Of a stretch of DNA of 64,000 nucleotides, positions 9,731 through 19,690 are shown piece by piece. Both the position numbers and the translations under genes were made by a program. The stretch spans positions 1-64,000 of the IMG/VR virus record IMGVR_UViG_3300021964_009390; one strand, given 5' to 3'. Position 1 is the first letter of the stretch. Each line of letters opens with the position of its first letter. The notes below the pieces were generated by a model. The model saw nothing but the letters and a program-made list of their open reading frames with translations, was not told the origin of the DNA and ran no database searches.

Positions 9731-10272
9731 CACGTGACCGTCCATGGATAGCCTTGTACAGTCATACTGGGTCTGAAATAGTAAATGTATCTAAAAAATT
9801 AGGAGCCCTTCCGGACCTGGTAGTAACAAACAACGATCGATCACTCATACATGTCAAACATTCACTCCGGACAGCATCTAAACCATCAGCAGTTGATTAC
9901 CGAACTGTATTCGACACTGTCGGTGAGAATCCAATAGTCACGCTGCATGGATGGATGAGAATTATTCCCGGTGAAATCTGCGAAGAATATGATATATACA
10001 ATTTGCACCCTGGGTTGATAACCAAATATCCAGAGCTCAAAGGTAAGGACCCGCAGCAAAGGGTATTTGAAATGCTAAACTCGCCACAATATGTTGGCTG
10101 TGTGTTACATCGAGCCATTGCTGAAGTAGATGCCGGTGATATTATCATGACCCGGAGCGTGTTCAACACATACATGTCCGTACATACATTGACAGATGTA
10201 TTGCATGAAATGGCCGGGTCAATGTGGGTAGATTTTTTCGAAAGAGAATTATATGATGAATCAAACCTTTAA
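9727..10272 (+). CDS. PurN-like formyltransferase (DpdN-like candidate)
   Basis: LHGWMRIIP, YNLHPGL and GCVLHRAIAEVDAGDII are 10-formyl-THF transferase motifs. Confidence 0.85.
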   Translation: MTRDRPWIALYSHTGSEIVNVSKKLGALPDLVVTNNDRSLIHVKHSLRTASKPSAVDYRTVFDTVGENPIVTLHGWMRIIPGEICEEYDIYNLHPGLITKYPELKGKDPQQRVFEMLNSPQYVGCVLHRAIAEVDAGDIIMTRSVFNTYMSVHTLTDVLHEMAGSMWVDFFERELYDESNL

Positions 10273-10537
10273 GTTAAAACCAATAAAAACCCCAGACGGT
10301 AAAATACACATAAGGGAAGTGTATTACACCTCAACCGGGTCGATATGCGATATAGAGATGCAAGTAAAACATCCATACACTGGTGATCGAGTGAAAGATT
10401 TAGAATATTTGAAACCACTATATTACAATGTGGAACAGTTCGGAATGTATGATGACCGAGTCATAAAATATGATCCGGACAATGACACTTTGGTTGAATG
10501 GGAATTACAAGAAGATGGTACCGTGGAGACATCTTAA
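10253..10537 (+). CDS. Hypothetical protein
   Basis: ORF with overlapping start/stop inside the operon. Confidence 0.55.
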   Translation: MMNQTFKLKPIKTPDGKIHIREVYYTSTGSICDIEMQVKHPYTGDRVKDLEYLKPLYYNVEQFGMYDDRVIKYDPDNDTLVEWELQEDGTVETS

Positions 10538-10695
10538 CAATCGAGGAAAATTGATGGTACTGTGTGTACCGTTAAACATGTACATAGCGATACTGTATGC
10601 TACAGCTGGAAGTTATCTCGCAATATTACCGGTATGTGCAGCGGCAATATGTGGCATGGCTACATATAATAAGAAATATCAAATTTACAATACAG

Positions 10696-11064
10696 ATGAG
10701 CAACCAAAATCAACAGACTCCCGAGAATAGACAATTCACCACCGGTGCGCAACGTGACACAGGAGAAGGTAAACTTCGAATGAGTTTAGTACCACAACAG
10801 GAATTAAAACGTGTAATGAAGCGTTACCTAGACGGTGCAAAAAAATATGGGGAGAACAACTGGATGAGAGGCATGCCGTTGAGTGTATATTACGATTGCG
10901 CGCATAGACATCTGGATGCATGGTGGCGTGGTGATGATGGAGAAGATCATGCAGCAGCTGTAGTATGGAACATGCTATGCGCCATGTGGACAGAAGCAAA
11001 CCACAATGATGATGAACATTTAGGGGATGGTTTAAATGATAAGTGGAAATTCCCTAGTGATTAG
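10696..11064 (+). CDS. dATP/dGTP diphosphohydrolase domain protein (DUF5664-like)
   Basis: FTTGAQRD..GKLRMSLVP, GAKKYGENNWMRG, RHL.AW..G...EDHAAAVVWN. Confidence 0.85.
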   Translation: MSNQNQQTPENRQFTTGAQRDTGEGKLRMSLVPQQELKRVMKRYLDGAKKYGENNWMRGMPLSVYYDCAHRHLDAWWRGDDGEDHAAAVVWNMLCAMWTEANHNDDEHLGDGLNDKWKFPSD

Positions 11065-11079
11065 TTTATAATATATACA

Positions 11080-11637
11080 ATGTTAATTAGTTTCACAGGT
11101 GCGCAAAGTACTGGTAAGAGTACACTATTAGAACGTATGGTGAGTGATGTAAAATTTAGAAAATGTTCATTCATCAAAGAAGTTACACGTAAAGTTGCCC
11201 GGCAAGGAGTGAATATAAATGACTCTGGTGACAATATAACTCAGCTATTGATATTATCAGAGCATATAAACAATCATATCATGCGCGGTTGCACGGTTTT
11301 AGATCGGTGCATAGTAGATGGCTTGATATATACTGAATGGTTGTATAATGAAGGCAAAGTAGACAAATGGGTATATGAATATGCTGTCAACTTACACAAC
11401 GCATTATTACCTAAACTAGACATTATATTTTATACAAACCCAGCAGATGTACCATTAGTAAACGATGGTCAGAGGAGCGTGAACAAAGAATTTAGGGAGG
11501 GTATAATACGGCTATACAACGAATATTACGAGTGTAACACTATAGCTAGAGACAAGACTGTAACATTATCAGGCACAGTTGATCAAAGATACAAAACCAT
11601 TACAAACACTTTAAAAAATCATGACACAACTAGATAA
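11080..11637 (+). CDS. P-loop nucleotide monophosphate kinase-like protein (AAA_28/NadR-like)
   Basis: ISFTGAQSTGKSTL Walker A and VLDRCIVD motif. Confidence 0.8.
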   Translation: MLISFTGAQSTGKSTLLERMVSDVKFRKCSFIKEVTRKVARQGVNINDSGDNITQLLILSEHINNHIMRGCTVLDRCIVDGLIYTEWLYNEGKVDKWVYEYAVNLHNALLPKLDIIFYTNPADVPLVNDGQRSVNKEFREGIIRLYNEYYECNTIARDKTVTLSGTVDQRYKTITNTLKNHDTTR

Positions 11638-12535
11638 TTCACATATTAGCAAAGTGCTGGGACAAACTGTTGATTACCCAGATCAATATGACCCTACTAT
11701 ACTGGTCAGAGAACCAAGGATCAACAATAGGCAACACTTGGATATACACGATGACAACCTACCTTTTGTAGGTTACGACACATGGAACGCGTACGAAGTA
11801 AGTACTCTGACTACAAAGGGTCTCCCGGTGACTGGAGTATTGAAAATAGTATATCCTTGTGATAGTAAATACATAGTAGAGAGCAAAAGCATCAAACTGT
11901 ATTTGAACTCATTCAATATGTTCAACTGCGGAGACACTAGACAACAGTCAATAACAAATCTAGTGAATGCGGTTAGACGGGATTTGGGTGAATTGCTACA
12001 AACCACTGTACAAGCTGAGTTTATTGATGACAATAATAGGACCAACCCAGAACCAGTGTTTGGTGAAATGTATCATTACAGTAGTTTAGAGTATGACCTG
12101 GTACCAGGAGATACGATTGACGATAGCGACTTCACTATATACGAGGAAACCCCGGGAATATTGAAGAGTCATAATGTGACACAGAGTGTACAAGTATTTA
12201 AATCTGGATTGTTGAAGAGCAATTGCCGTGTGACTAGCCAACCTGACTGGGGAGATGTATTTGTTTACATACTAGGTAACAAACACGTTACATATGAAAG
12301 TATGTTGGAGTACATTGTTTCGTTTAGAAATGAATGTCATTTCCATGAAGAAATATGCGAGACAATTTACAAGAGATTGTCCACATTACTATCACCGGAC
12401 GAATTGTGTGTTACATGCTTGTATGCGAGAAGGGGTGGCATAGATATAAATCCAACCAGAGCGTCACACGAACATTTACTACCACAGAATTTGATAGACC
12501 CTAAAATAGAGCACTGTAAAACACAAAAACAGTAG
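11621..12535 (+). CDS. queF: NADPH-dependent 7-cyano-7-deazaguanine reductase, long (type II) form
   Basis: IVESKSIKLYLNSFN, LKSNCRVTSQPDWG (catalytic Cys and Asp), FHEEICE, RRGGIDINPTR. Confidence 0.93.
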   Translation: MTQLDNSHISKVLGQTVDYPDQYDPTILVREPRINNRQHLDIHDDNLPFVGYDTWNAYEVSTLTTKGLPVTGVLKIVYPCDSKYIVESKSIKLYLNSFNMFNCGDTRQQSITNLVNAVRRDLGELLQTTVQAEFIDDNNRTNPEPVFGEMYHYSSLEYDLVPGDTIDDSDFTIYEETPGILKSHNVTQSVQVFKSGLLKSNCRVTSQPDWGDVFVYILGNKHVTYESMLEYIVSFRNECHFHEEICETIYKRLSTLLSPDELCVTCLYARRGGIDINPTRASHEHLLPQNLIDPKIEHCKTQKQ

Positions 12536-12566
12536 TTAAACATAACTGGAGCTCATAAATAATGTT

Positions 12567-13193
12567 ATGAGTGATGAAGCTAGTATATTACGTACCGGTC
12601 CTTTGCAACCAGTCCAGCCACATGTGACGCGCCGCCGGGAGCGGATGATGGAACAGGACATGTCTGATACCGCGTTCAGACAAGAGCAAGCGATCAAGAA
12701 AAACAAAATAGGTGATGCAACTGCTGTGGTGGCGGACCAAGCAGAGGCCGCGGCGGATGCTGGTACACCGTTTACAAAAAAACAACTCGCCCAAACAGCA
12801 GTGGAGGTGCTTTCTCAGATGAATTTTGAAGTACCGTCTCAATCTGGGAAAATGATCGAACGAGACCCATCACAACAAGGTAGCCAATTTAGTTTACCAG
12901 AATACGGGTATTATATGGATTTGATAGAACTAGCAACAGAGGGTATACCTATTGAGTACCCAAAAGGTAACTTAACAACCAAAGGTGTGAAACCAGAGAC
13001 CCCGGAACGATTCCGGAATGTATTTGAAGGTGGTTTGAAAAAAGCTCGTAACCGGATAAGTGATGACCCGGAATTAAAAGAGGTGTTACCACAATATGTT
13101 AGAGAACAAAAATCCGGCATGCCAGTGCCATTGAGTATACCCAAACTAGACAATTTCACAAGCCTGAACCAATTTATCAACAGACATAGTTGA
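12567..13193 (+). CDS. Hypothetical late protein
   Basis: ORF with a TAAATA motif 5 nt upstream. Confidence 0.6.
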   Translation: MSDEASILRTGPLQPVQPHVTRRRERMMEQDMSDTAFRQEQAIKKNKIGDATAVVADQAEAAADAGTPFTKKQLAQTAVEVLSQMNFEVPSQSGKMIERDPSQQGSQFSLPEYGYYMDLIELATEGIPIEYPKGNLTTKGVKPETPERFRNVFEGGLKKARNRISDDPELKEVLPQYVREQKSGMPVPLSIPKLDNFTSLNQFINRHS

Positions 13194-13437
13194 AATATAC
13201 AATAACATACACTATATATTAGTGTATGAACCGATACTCATCGAACAAAAAATTCATAGTAACCATAAAAAACAAATGGTCTAACCAATCTAGAACCATT
13301 GTTTTATCCAGCGACAAGGACATCCGGGACCTGCACAAGTATGCATATTACAAACATACAAACAACCTCGAAGATATAACATCCATACAGAACACTGGTA
13401 AAAAAAATCTATTTACTTTACGTTCCGGGTTTAGAAA

Positions 13438-14487
13438 ATGACACGTACTGGTTATGTAGTTTTTTGTGAAGACAAAAAGTATCTGTTGTGGCAGACAGAA
13501 CTGTTGATACAGTCACTCACTAAGAGAGCTCAGGTGTCACGTGATGATATAGTGGTGTTATTTGCTGACCCAGCGTATCATAACAAGAACAACGAGTATA
13601 GTGTGTCACCGTACATGAGCGGCATGATATCGTGTTACTCACCTGCACGTTTCCATTGTGTTCAAAACTGGGGAAGGAAAAACTGGTATTACCGGTTCAA
13701 AGACGATGGTTCGTGGTACCCTAAACAATATCCCGGTATCAATAAATGGTTGAGTTTATGTGAAGCTGCAAATGCCGGTTGGTTAGACGACTTCGATGAA
13801 GTGCTACTGTTAGAACAAGATTTATGGTTCAGTGGTACAATACCAGAGTTACCACCAGGTAACTGCGCGACGGACAACTGGATAAACAACCGTTACCGGG
13901 CATTTGAAGTGACAGATAAAGAGGTGCATATGAACACTGTAGGCTTCGACTTGGATGACATAATGAAACTATGCAAAGTTCCACCATCAAGCAGAGAAAA
14001 ATGGGTAGGTGGAGCCATAATATTTAAATTTGTTACCGATCAATTGAAGAAGGGTAAGTTTTTAAACAGCATTGTGAATTACAACCAATTGCTCATGACG
14101 TTGGGAGAATTAGCACTACCTCAAGGCGCTCGCCACGAGACTGACATGGTGGCACCATCACTAGCGATGGCGCATTGTGGAATGGACTGCACTCTCATAC
14201 AAGATTTGCAATGGCGGTCAGATGTATGGACCTGGCATGAAGAACCACCAACCAACACAGTAGTACACTATGGATGGGATTTCGCACATTACCCACATTT
14301 GAAATGCCCATTTAGTAAATTTAAATACAACGAATCACTACCCTGGGATGACCGGGAAACCTTGCTATCTGGACAGTCTAGCACAACATATACATGGATG
14401 AAATCATTCATTGACGACCTACTAGAGGTAGGGGAAATACAAATGGATCGAACATGTAACAACCAAGTGTCTATACCTGTGATATAA
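13438..14487 (+). CDS. Putative glycosyltransferase resembling plant-type peptidyl O-glycosyltransferases (HPAT/SGT1-like)
   Basis: YLLWQTELLIQS, YPGINKW and EVLLLEQDLWF resemble YxxWQ / YxxxNKP / DxD-type motifs. Weak match, judged by eye. Confidence 0.4.
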   Translation: MTRTGYVVFCEDKKYLLWQTELLIQSLTKRAQVSRDDIVVLFADPAYHNKNNEYSVSPYMSGMISCYSPARFHCVQNWGRKNWYYRFKDDGSWYPKQYPGINKWLSLCEAANAGWLDDFDEVLLLEQDLWFSGTIPELPPGNCATDNWINNRYRAFEVTDKEVHMNTVGFDLDDIMKLCKVPPSSREKWVGGAIIFKFVTDQLKKGKFLNSIVNYNQLLMTLGELALPQGARHETDMVAPSLAMAHCGMDCTLIQDLQWRSDVWTWHEEPPTNTVVHYGWDFAHYPHLKCPFSKFKYNESLPWDDRETLLSGQSSTTYTWMKSFIDDLLEVGEIQMDRTCNNQVSIPVI

Positions 14488-14857
14488 TGACAGTGGCTGA
14501 ACTGTTTCGTAAAGGAGATGTAAAAGAATGTGTAGACACTTTAGTAGCCTTGCATCGTAGACATTATCACCACCCCGGTTACACGTTGAACAGCCGGTTG
14601 GTAAGAGAAAAATACACCGACAAATTCAACAATATCGCCTCCATGTCTGGAAAGTCTGAAGATACAATCACGATAAAATATGACGAAAACAGCAGTACAT
14701 ATCGTTTAAAATTTAAAAATCAATTGATTAGAGAGTTGAACATACAAGACAAACAGTTAGGTTCCGCTACTATAAATCATCATGAAACGGCACTGTCTGA
14801 TGAACAAATCATAACAGAAATTTTATTTGAAACTACATATTACACGCTATAAAGGTG

Positions 14858-14886
14858 TTGATATCACATGAAAAATAAACTATATA
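14858..14886 (+). promoter_or_regulatory. Sigma70-like promoter for the prkA operon
   Basis: TTGATA-17 nt-TATATA; the ATG follows 6 nt after the -10 box with no Shine-Dalgarno. Confidence 0.55.
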
Positions 14887-14892
14887 TATTAT

Positions 14893-16959
14893 ATGAGCCA
14901 ACAAGACATTTATAATTTATCCGACCTATTAACATCTACTGCATCAGAAACTGATTATGGTGCCTTGAATTGGACTGGTACTTTTGACGAATACCTGGAC
15001 ATAGTGAATGAAACTCCAAAAGTAACTAGGAACTCATATCAGCGTATGTATGACATGGTAATGTCCCATGGTACAGAGGAAGTCAATTACTGTAAACAAA
15101 CATATACAAAATATAAATTTTTCGCTAGCGGTAAGGATGGTGACATAAGTATTTACGGTTTGGAAGAACCGTTGATGGAACTTGTAGATGTATTGAGATC
15201 CGCTGCGTATCACTATGGACCAGAGCGCAGAATCATATTGCTGCACGGTCCAGTAGGTAGTAGCAAATCGACGATAGTAACCACATTGAAAAAGGGATTA
15301 GAACAATATTCAATCACCGATCCATTGTATTCATTCACCTGGTGTGTGGAAGATGATAATGGTACACCAGTTGAAGTTCCATGCCCCATGAATGAAGAGC
15401 CATTGAAATTGTTACCGGAAGCCGCTAGGAAGAACATTGTTGAACGTATCAACAATTCACTAGCCAACGATGATTATAGAATCAAACTAGATGGCAATTT
15501 GTCACCAGTGTCCGAGTTTTACAGAGATAAGTTGCTGAAAAAATATAACGGTGATTTTAACAAAGTACTATCACACGTCAAAGTGAGACGTGTTATATTG
15601 TCTGAAAAATCAAGAGTAGGTATAGGAACATTTCAACCGAAAGATGAAAAGAGTCAAGATGCTACTGAATTAACAGGCGACATAAACTACAGAAAGCTAG
15701 CTCAATATGGTAGTGAGAGTGACCCACGTGCTTTTGACTTTGATGGTGAATTTTTGATATCAAACAGAGGCATGGTTGAGTTTCAAGAGATCCTCAAATT
15801 GCAAACAGAGTTTTTGTACGACCTCTTGGGAGCCACGCAAGAGCATCGAGTCAAGCCTAAACGATTCAATCAAGTACCGATAGATGAAGTGATTATAGGT
15901 CACACCAACAACGCAGAATATGACAAGCTGAAAAACAATAAGTTCATGGAGGCTCTACGTGACAGAACCATAAAAATAGATGTACCGTACTTACTGAAAA
16001 TAAATGATGAGAAAAAAATATACGATTATTTCTACAATCAACACACGGTACACAAACACATCGCACCACATACTACATATCTTGCTGCGCTGTATGCAGT
16101 AGTGTCACGTCTAGAAAAACCGGTCAAGAATGACATGAGTATAATCCAAAAAGCAAAATTGTACAACGGAGTTGGTGTACATGGTTTCACAGAAGAACAT
16201 GTCAAGGAGATGTTAGAAGAGACACCTAACGAAGGTTTGTTGTCTGGTGTGAGTGCGCGTTTCATACAGAATCAATTTAGTAACGCTATTGTGAACCCTA
16301 GGATGGGTAAAAAAAGTATCAATCCTTTCATGCTGTTCTCGCAAATACGAGACGGTATCAAAAATTATTCCGGTTTCAACAGCGAGGATCTGCGCGCTGA
16401 AGCGTTAGAAAGATTGGAACTAGTCGAGAAAGAATATGACCGTATAGTGAAAAGAGAGGTACAACAAGCGCTCAGCAGTAGTGAAGAGGCCATCAAAACG
16501 TTGTGTACAAATTATATTGACAACGTTGTTGCTTTTGTAAACGATGAAAAGGTGACCAACCCCATTACTGGTAAAGATGAACCGGCTAATGAAAAGATGA
16601 TGAGATCTATTGAGGAAAAAATAAATGTCTCTACCAATATGAAAGAAGATTTCCGTCGTGAGATCATGAATTATATGGGTTCACTGGCAGCAAAAGGTAA
16701 GTCATTTAAATACGATAGTAACGAGCAATTGCATAAAGCCCTAGAAAAGAAGTTGTTTGAAGATATTAAAGACAGTATCAAACTATCCGCGCTGGCACAA
16801 GACACGGCCACTGTGGTAGACAAGGAGTTACTTGATAAAATCAACGCACTCAAGCAACGACTGGTGAAAGACTTTGGGTATGATGAAGATAGTGCTCATG
16901 ATGTTCTCGTGTATGTGGGGAGTATATTTGCCCGAGGTGACGACGTAGGAGACAAGTAA
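14893..16959 (+). CDS. prkA: PrkA/YeaG family AAA+ serine kinase
   Basis: LLHGPVGSSKST, GELxGDIN..L..YGSESDPRAFDFDGEF..SNRGMVEFQEILK, EALRDR, SGVSARF. Confidence 0.93.
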   Translation: MSQQDIYNLSDLLTSTASETDYGALNWTGTFDEYLDIVNETPKVTRNSYQRMYDMVMSHGTEEVNYCKQTYTKYKFFASGKDGDISIYGLEEPLMELVDVLRSAAYHYGPERRIILLHGPVGSSKSTIVTTLKKGLEQYSITDPLYSFTWCVEDDNGTPVEVPCPMNEEPLKLLPEAARKNIVERINNSLANDDYRIKLDGNLSPVSEFYRDKLLKKYNGDFNKVLSHVKVRRVILSEKSRVGIGTFQPKDEKSQDATELTGDINYRKLAQYGSESDPRAFDFDGEFLISNRGMVEFQEILKLQTEFLYDLLGATQEHRVKPKRFNQVPIDEVIIGHTNNAEYDKLKNNKFMEALRDRTIKIDVPYLLKINDEKKIYDYFYNQHTVHKHIAPHTTYLAALYAVVSRLEKPVKNDMSIIQKAKLYNGVGVHGFTEEHVKEMLEETPNEGLLSGVSARFIQNQFSNAIVNPRMGKKSINPFMLFSQIRDGIKNYSGFNSEDLRAEALERLELVEKEYDRIVKREVQQALSSSEEAIKTLCTNYIDNVVAFVNDEKVTNPITGKDEPANEKMMRSIEEKINVSTNMKEDFRREIMNYMGSLAAKGKSFKYDSNEQLHKALEKKLFEDIKDSIKLSALAQDTATVVDKELLDKINALKQRLVKDFGYDEDSAHDVLVYVGSIFARGDDVGDK

Positions 16960-18083
16960 TGCCCGGTCGCCGGATACGAGAAGATCACAGTGAATATCGT
17001 GATCTAATCAAAGACAAAGTAAAAAGCCGAGTCAAAGATCATATCAAAACCGGTAAAAAAGTCAAACGTCATGGGAAAGACTTGGTTGTTGTAGATATAC
17101 CTGTTATAGATCTACCGTCATTCCGCCATGGGAAAAGTAAATCTGATGGTGGTGTAGGTAACGGTCCAGTGGATGTAGGGGACGAAGTAGGTGATGGTCC
17201 ACAACAACCCGGAAAGGGTCAAGCTGGTGATCAACAAGCGGAGCATACAATGGGTGTAGGTGTTACTGTCGAAGACTATATTGATGTACTAGGTGATGAA
17301 CTAGAATTACCACGTCTAGTACCTAAACTGAGAGGTGATATAATAAATCAAAAGGTCAAATATAACGGTATTAGTCGAGTTGGTAACAATTGTCTGCTAC
17401 ATAAAAAGAAGACATTGAAAAATGCAATGAAACGCGTGATGTCTACCGGGTTATATAATCCTGACAATATATCTAATGTGTACCCAATAACACAAGACAA
17501 GGTATATAAAACATGGAACGTTGTTGACTCACCGGACATAAACGCAGTAGTATTTTTTTTACAGGATATAAGCTGGAGTATGGATGGTGAGAAAAGAGAT
17601 CTAGTAAGAGAACTATGCTGGTATCTGGAACAATGGATAAGAAAATTTTACAATCAAGTCGATTTAAAACATATTGTACACGATGTAGTGGCTCAAGAAG
17701 TTGATCAAGAAAAATTTTACAGTTTTGAAGCTGGAGGTGGTACCAAGATAAGCTCCGCCTTCGAATTGACGTCGGATATTATAGATAGTTCCTACCCGGC
17801 CGAGGATTGGAACATGTATGTCTTTTATTTCTCCGATGGTGAAAATTTTTCAAATGACACTAAGAGATGTATACAGTTATTAGAACAATTGCAAACCAAA
17901 TGCAATTTGATAGGGGTTGGAGAAGTCAAAGGTGTTACGGATTGGGCCGATTTCGCGCTATCAATAGAAGAGGAAATAGACAATAAAGTCCTAGACGAGG
18001 GTGTTATAACCACAAGCTCGATCGATTCACATGATGATGTGTTACGCGCAATTCAAGAATTTTTATCACCGGTTTCACGATGA
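16959..18083 (+). CDS. yeaH: YeaH/YhbH (DUF444) vWA-domain protein
   Basis: Gly-rich linker, MIDAS-like DISWS, GGTKISSA, YFSDGEN; translationally coupled to prkA. Confidence 0.9.
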   Translation: MPGRRIREDHSEYRDLIKDKVKSRVKDHIKTGKKVKRHGKDLVVVDIPVIDLPSFRHGKSKSDGGVGNGPVDVGDEVGDGPQQPGKGQAGDQQAEHTMGVGVTVEDYIDVLGDELELPRLVPKLRGDIINQKVKYNGISRVGNNCLLHKKKTLKNAMKRVMSTGLYNPDNISNVYPITQDKVYKTWNVVDSPDINAVVFFLQDISWSMDGEKRDLVRELCWYLEQWIRKFYNQVDLKHIVHDVVAQEVDQEKFYSFEAGGGTKISSAFELTSDIIDSSYPAEDWNMYVFYFSDGENFSNDTKRCIQLLEQLQTKCNLIGVGEVKGVTDWADFALSIEEEIDNKVLDEGVITTSSIDSHDDVLRAIQEFLSPVSR

Positions 18084-19690
18084 GACGTACAACATCTAGC
18101 AATTTATTACAACAGGGTGTAGGTACCGAGCTAGCCAAGCAAATCCCGGAGATCATTGATGTATGTAAAAAGGAAGGATTGGACCCATACGAACTGGTTA
18201 TTGAAGAATATACTGCTGACGAGATTGCGGAACTAGGAGCCTATGGTGGGTTCCCCGTGAGATACCCACACTTTTCATTTGGTCAGCAATACGAAACATT
18301 ACACCACCAGTATCACAGTGGTATGGGTAAGATATATGAAATGGTTGTGAATAACGATCCTACATACATGTATTTGCAGCGAAACAATCCAATAGTGGAC
18401 AATTTGACAGTTGTCGCTCATGCATTAGCACATTCTGATTTTTTTAAAAATAATATATACTTTGGTAACACCAACCGAAACATGATGAATGTGATGGCTA
18501 ACCATGGTCAAAAAATCCGGCAGTATATGAATATATACGGTAAATCTCGAGTGTCTAAATTTTTAGATGCCTGTTTGTCTGTCGATGATTTAATAGACCC
18601 GAACATTGTGTGGTCGGATCAACAATATAACAAACCTACAATAACGGAATTTGCACCACCGATAGAACAATTCACTCCGAAGCGTATAGGTACCAATCAT
18701 TACATGGACCATTATGTGAATACAGCCAAATTTTTAGAGAAGCAGCATAAATCACATTTGAGACAAAAAGCTCGCGCAGACAGTAAATATCCTTTGAAAC
18801 CAGTGAAAGACATACTGTTGTTCATACTACAACATGTCCGAATGGAACGCTGGCAGCAAAACATATTATCCATGGTACGTGACGAGAGCATCTATTTCCG
18901 TCCGCAAATGTTGACAAAAGTGTTAAACGAAGGTTGGGCTAGTTACTGGGATAGTTACATCATGACCAAATGTGGTTACGCAGGTGATGAAGGTATAATA
19001 CAATACGCGCAACACCATTCAGGGGTGTTAGGTGGTAAATATGCAATGAGTAACCCGTACAGATTGGGTAACTGTTTGCTCCGTCATGTGGAGGATCGAT
19101 GGAACAAAGGGCAGTTCGGCCGGGCATGGGACAACTGTGATGACGAATTCAAAAGAAAATCATGGGACACTAAAGCTAGTCAAGGTCGCGACAAAATATT
19201 TGAAGTTCGTCGCGATTATAATGACGTTAATTTTATAAACGAATTTTTTACACCGGAATTTTGTGACGAGCATGAATATTTTGAATACCAATTGGACCCG
19301 GAAACAAACAAATACGTGGTTGTGAGCAAGGATTATGACAAAATTAAATCTAAATTGCTGCAACGTTACACGAATGGTGGTCGCCCTAGTATAGTGCTCA
19401 CAAATTTTGACAAGTCTGGTATAGAATTGAGACATCGGTATGAAGGCATGGAACTAGAGAGTAATTATGTTGAAAGTACCATGAAGATGTTGTATAATAT
19501 TATAAATATGCCAATTGTATTGAAATCCAAAGCGTATGTATCTAAAAAGAAAAAGGTATATGGTGCAGTGTTTGCTGTCGCGGAAGAGGAAGAAGAACTA
19601 TGTGGTCGTGTGTTTAAATATGATGGTAAGACGTTCAAGTCATGGGAAGACTACAAACAACGTGACTTTCCCAACTACCAAATTACATGA
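18080..19690 (+). CDS. spoVR: SpoVR/YcgB family protein
   Basis: GGFPVRYPHFSFG, IYEMVVNNDP, AHALAHSDFFKNN, TKVLNEGWASYW, NPYRLG. Confidence 0.93.
   Translation: MRRTTSSNLLQQGVGTELAKQIPEIIDVCKKEGLDPYELVIEEYTADEIAELGAYGGFPVRYPHFSFGQQYETLHHQYHSGMGKIYEMVVNNDPTYMYLQRNNPIVDNLTVVAHALAHSDFFKNNIYFGNTNRNMMNVMANHGQKIRQYMNIYGKSRVSKFLDACLSVDDLIDPNIVWSDQQYNKPTITEFAPPIEQFTPKRIGTNHYMDHYVNTAKFLEKQHKSHLRQKARADSKYPLKPVKDILLFILQHVRMERWQQNILSMVRDESIYFRPQMLTKVLNEGWASYWDSYIMTKCGYAGDEGIIQYAQHHSGVLGGKYAMSNPYRLGNCLLRHVEDRWNKGQFGRAWDNCDDEFKRKSWDTKASQGRDKIFEVRRDYNDVNFINEFFTPEFCDEHEYFEYQLDPETNKYVVVSKDYDKIKSKLLQRYTNGGRPSIVLTNFDKSGIELRHRYEGMELESNYVESTMKMLYNIINMPIVLKSKAYVSKKKKVYGAVFAVAEEEEELCGRVFKYDGKTFKSWEDYKQRDFPNYQIT

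Noticed and set aside
9727-10272. Ordinary purN for purine biosynthesis
   Set aside because: It is short and divergent, no other pur genes are present, and it is embedded between the TGT-like gene and queF.
14893-19690. Window being a bacterial chromosome or prophage flank
   Set aside because: Host-like genes are interleaved with T4-like late motifs and virion-type ORFs throughout; no integrase, att site or housekeeping operon was seen.
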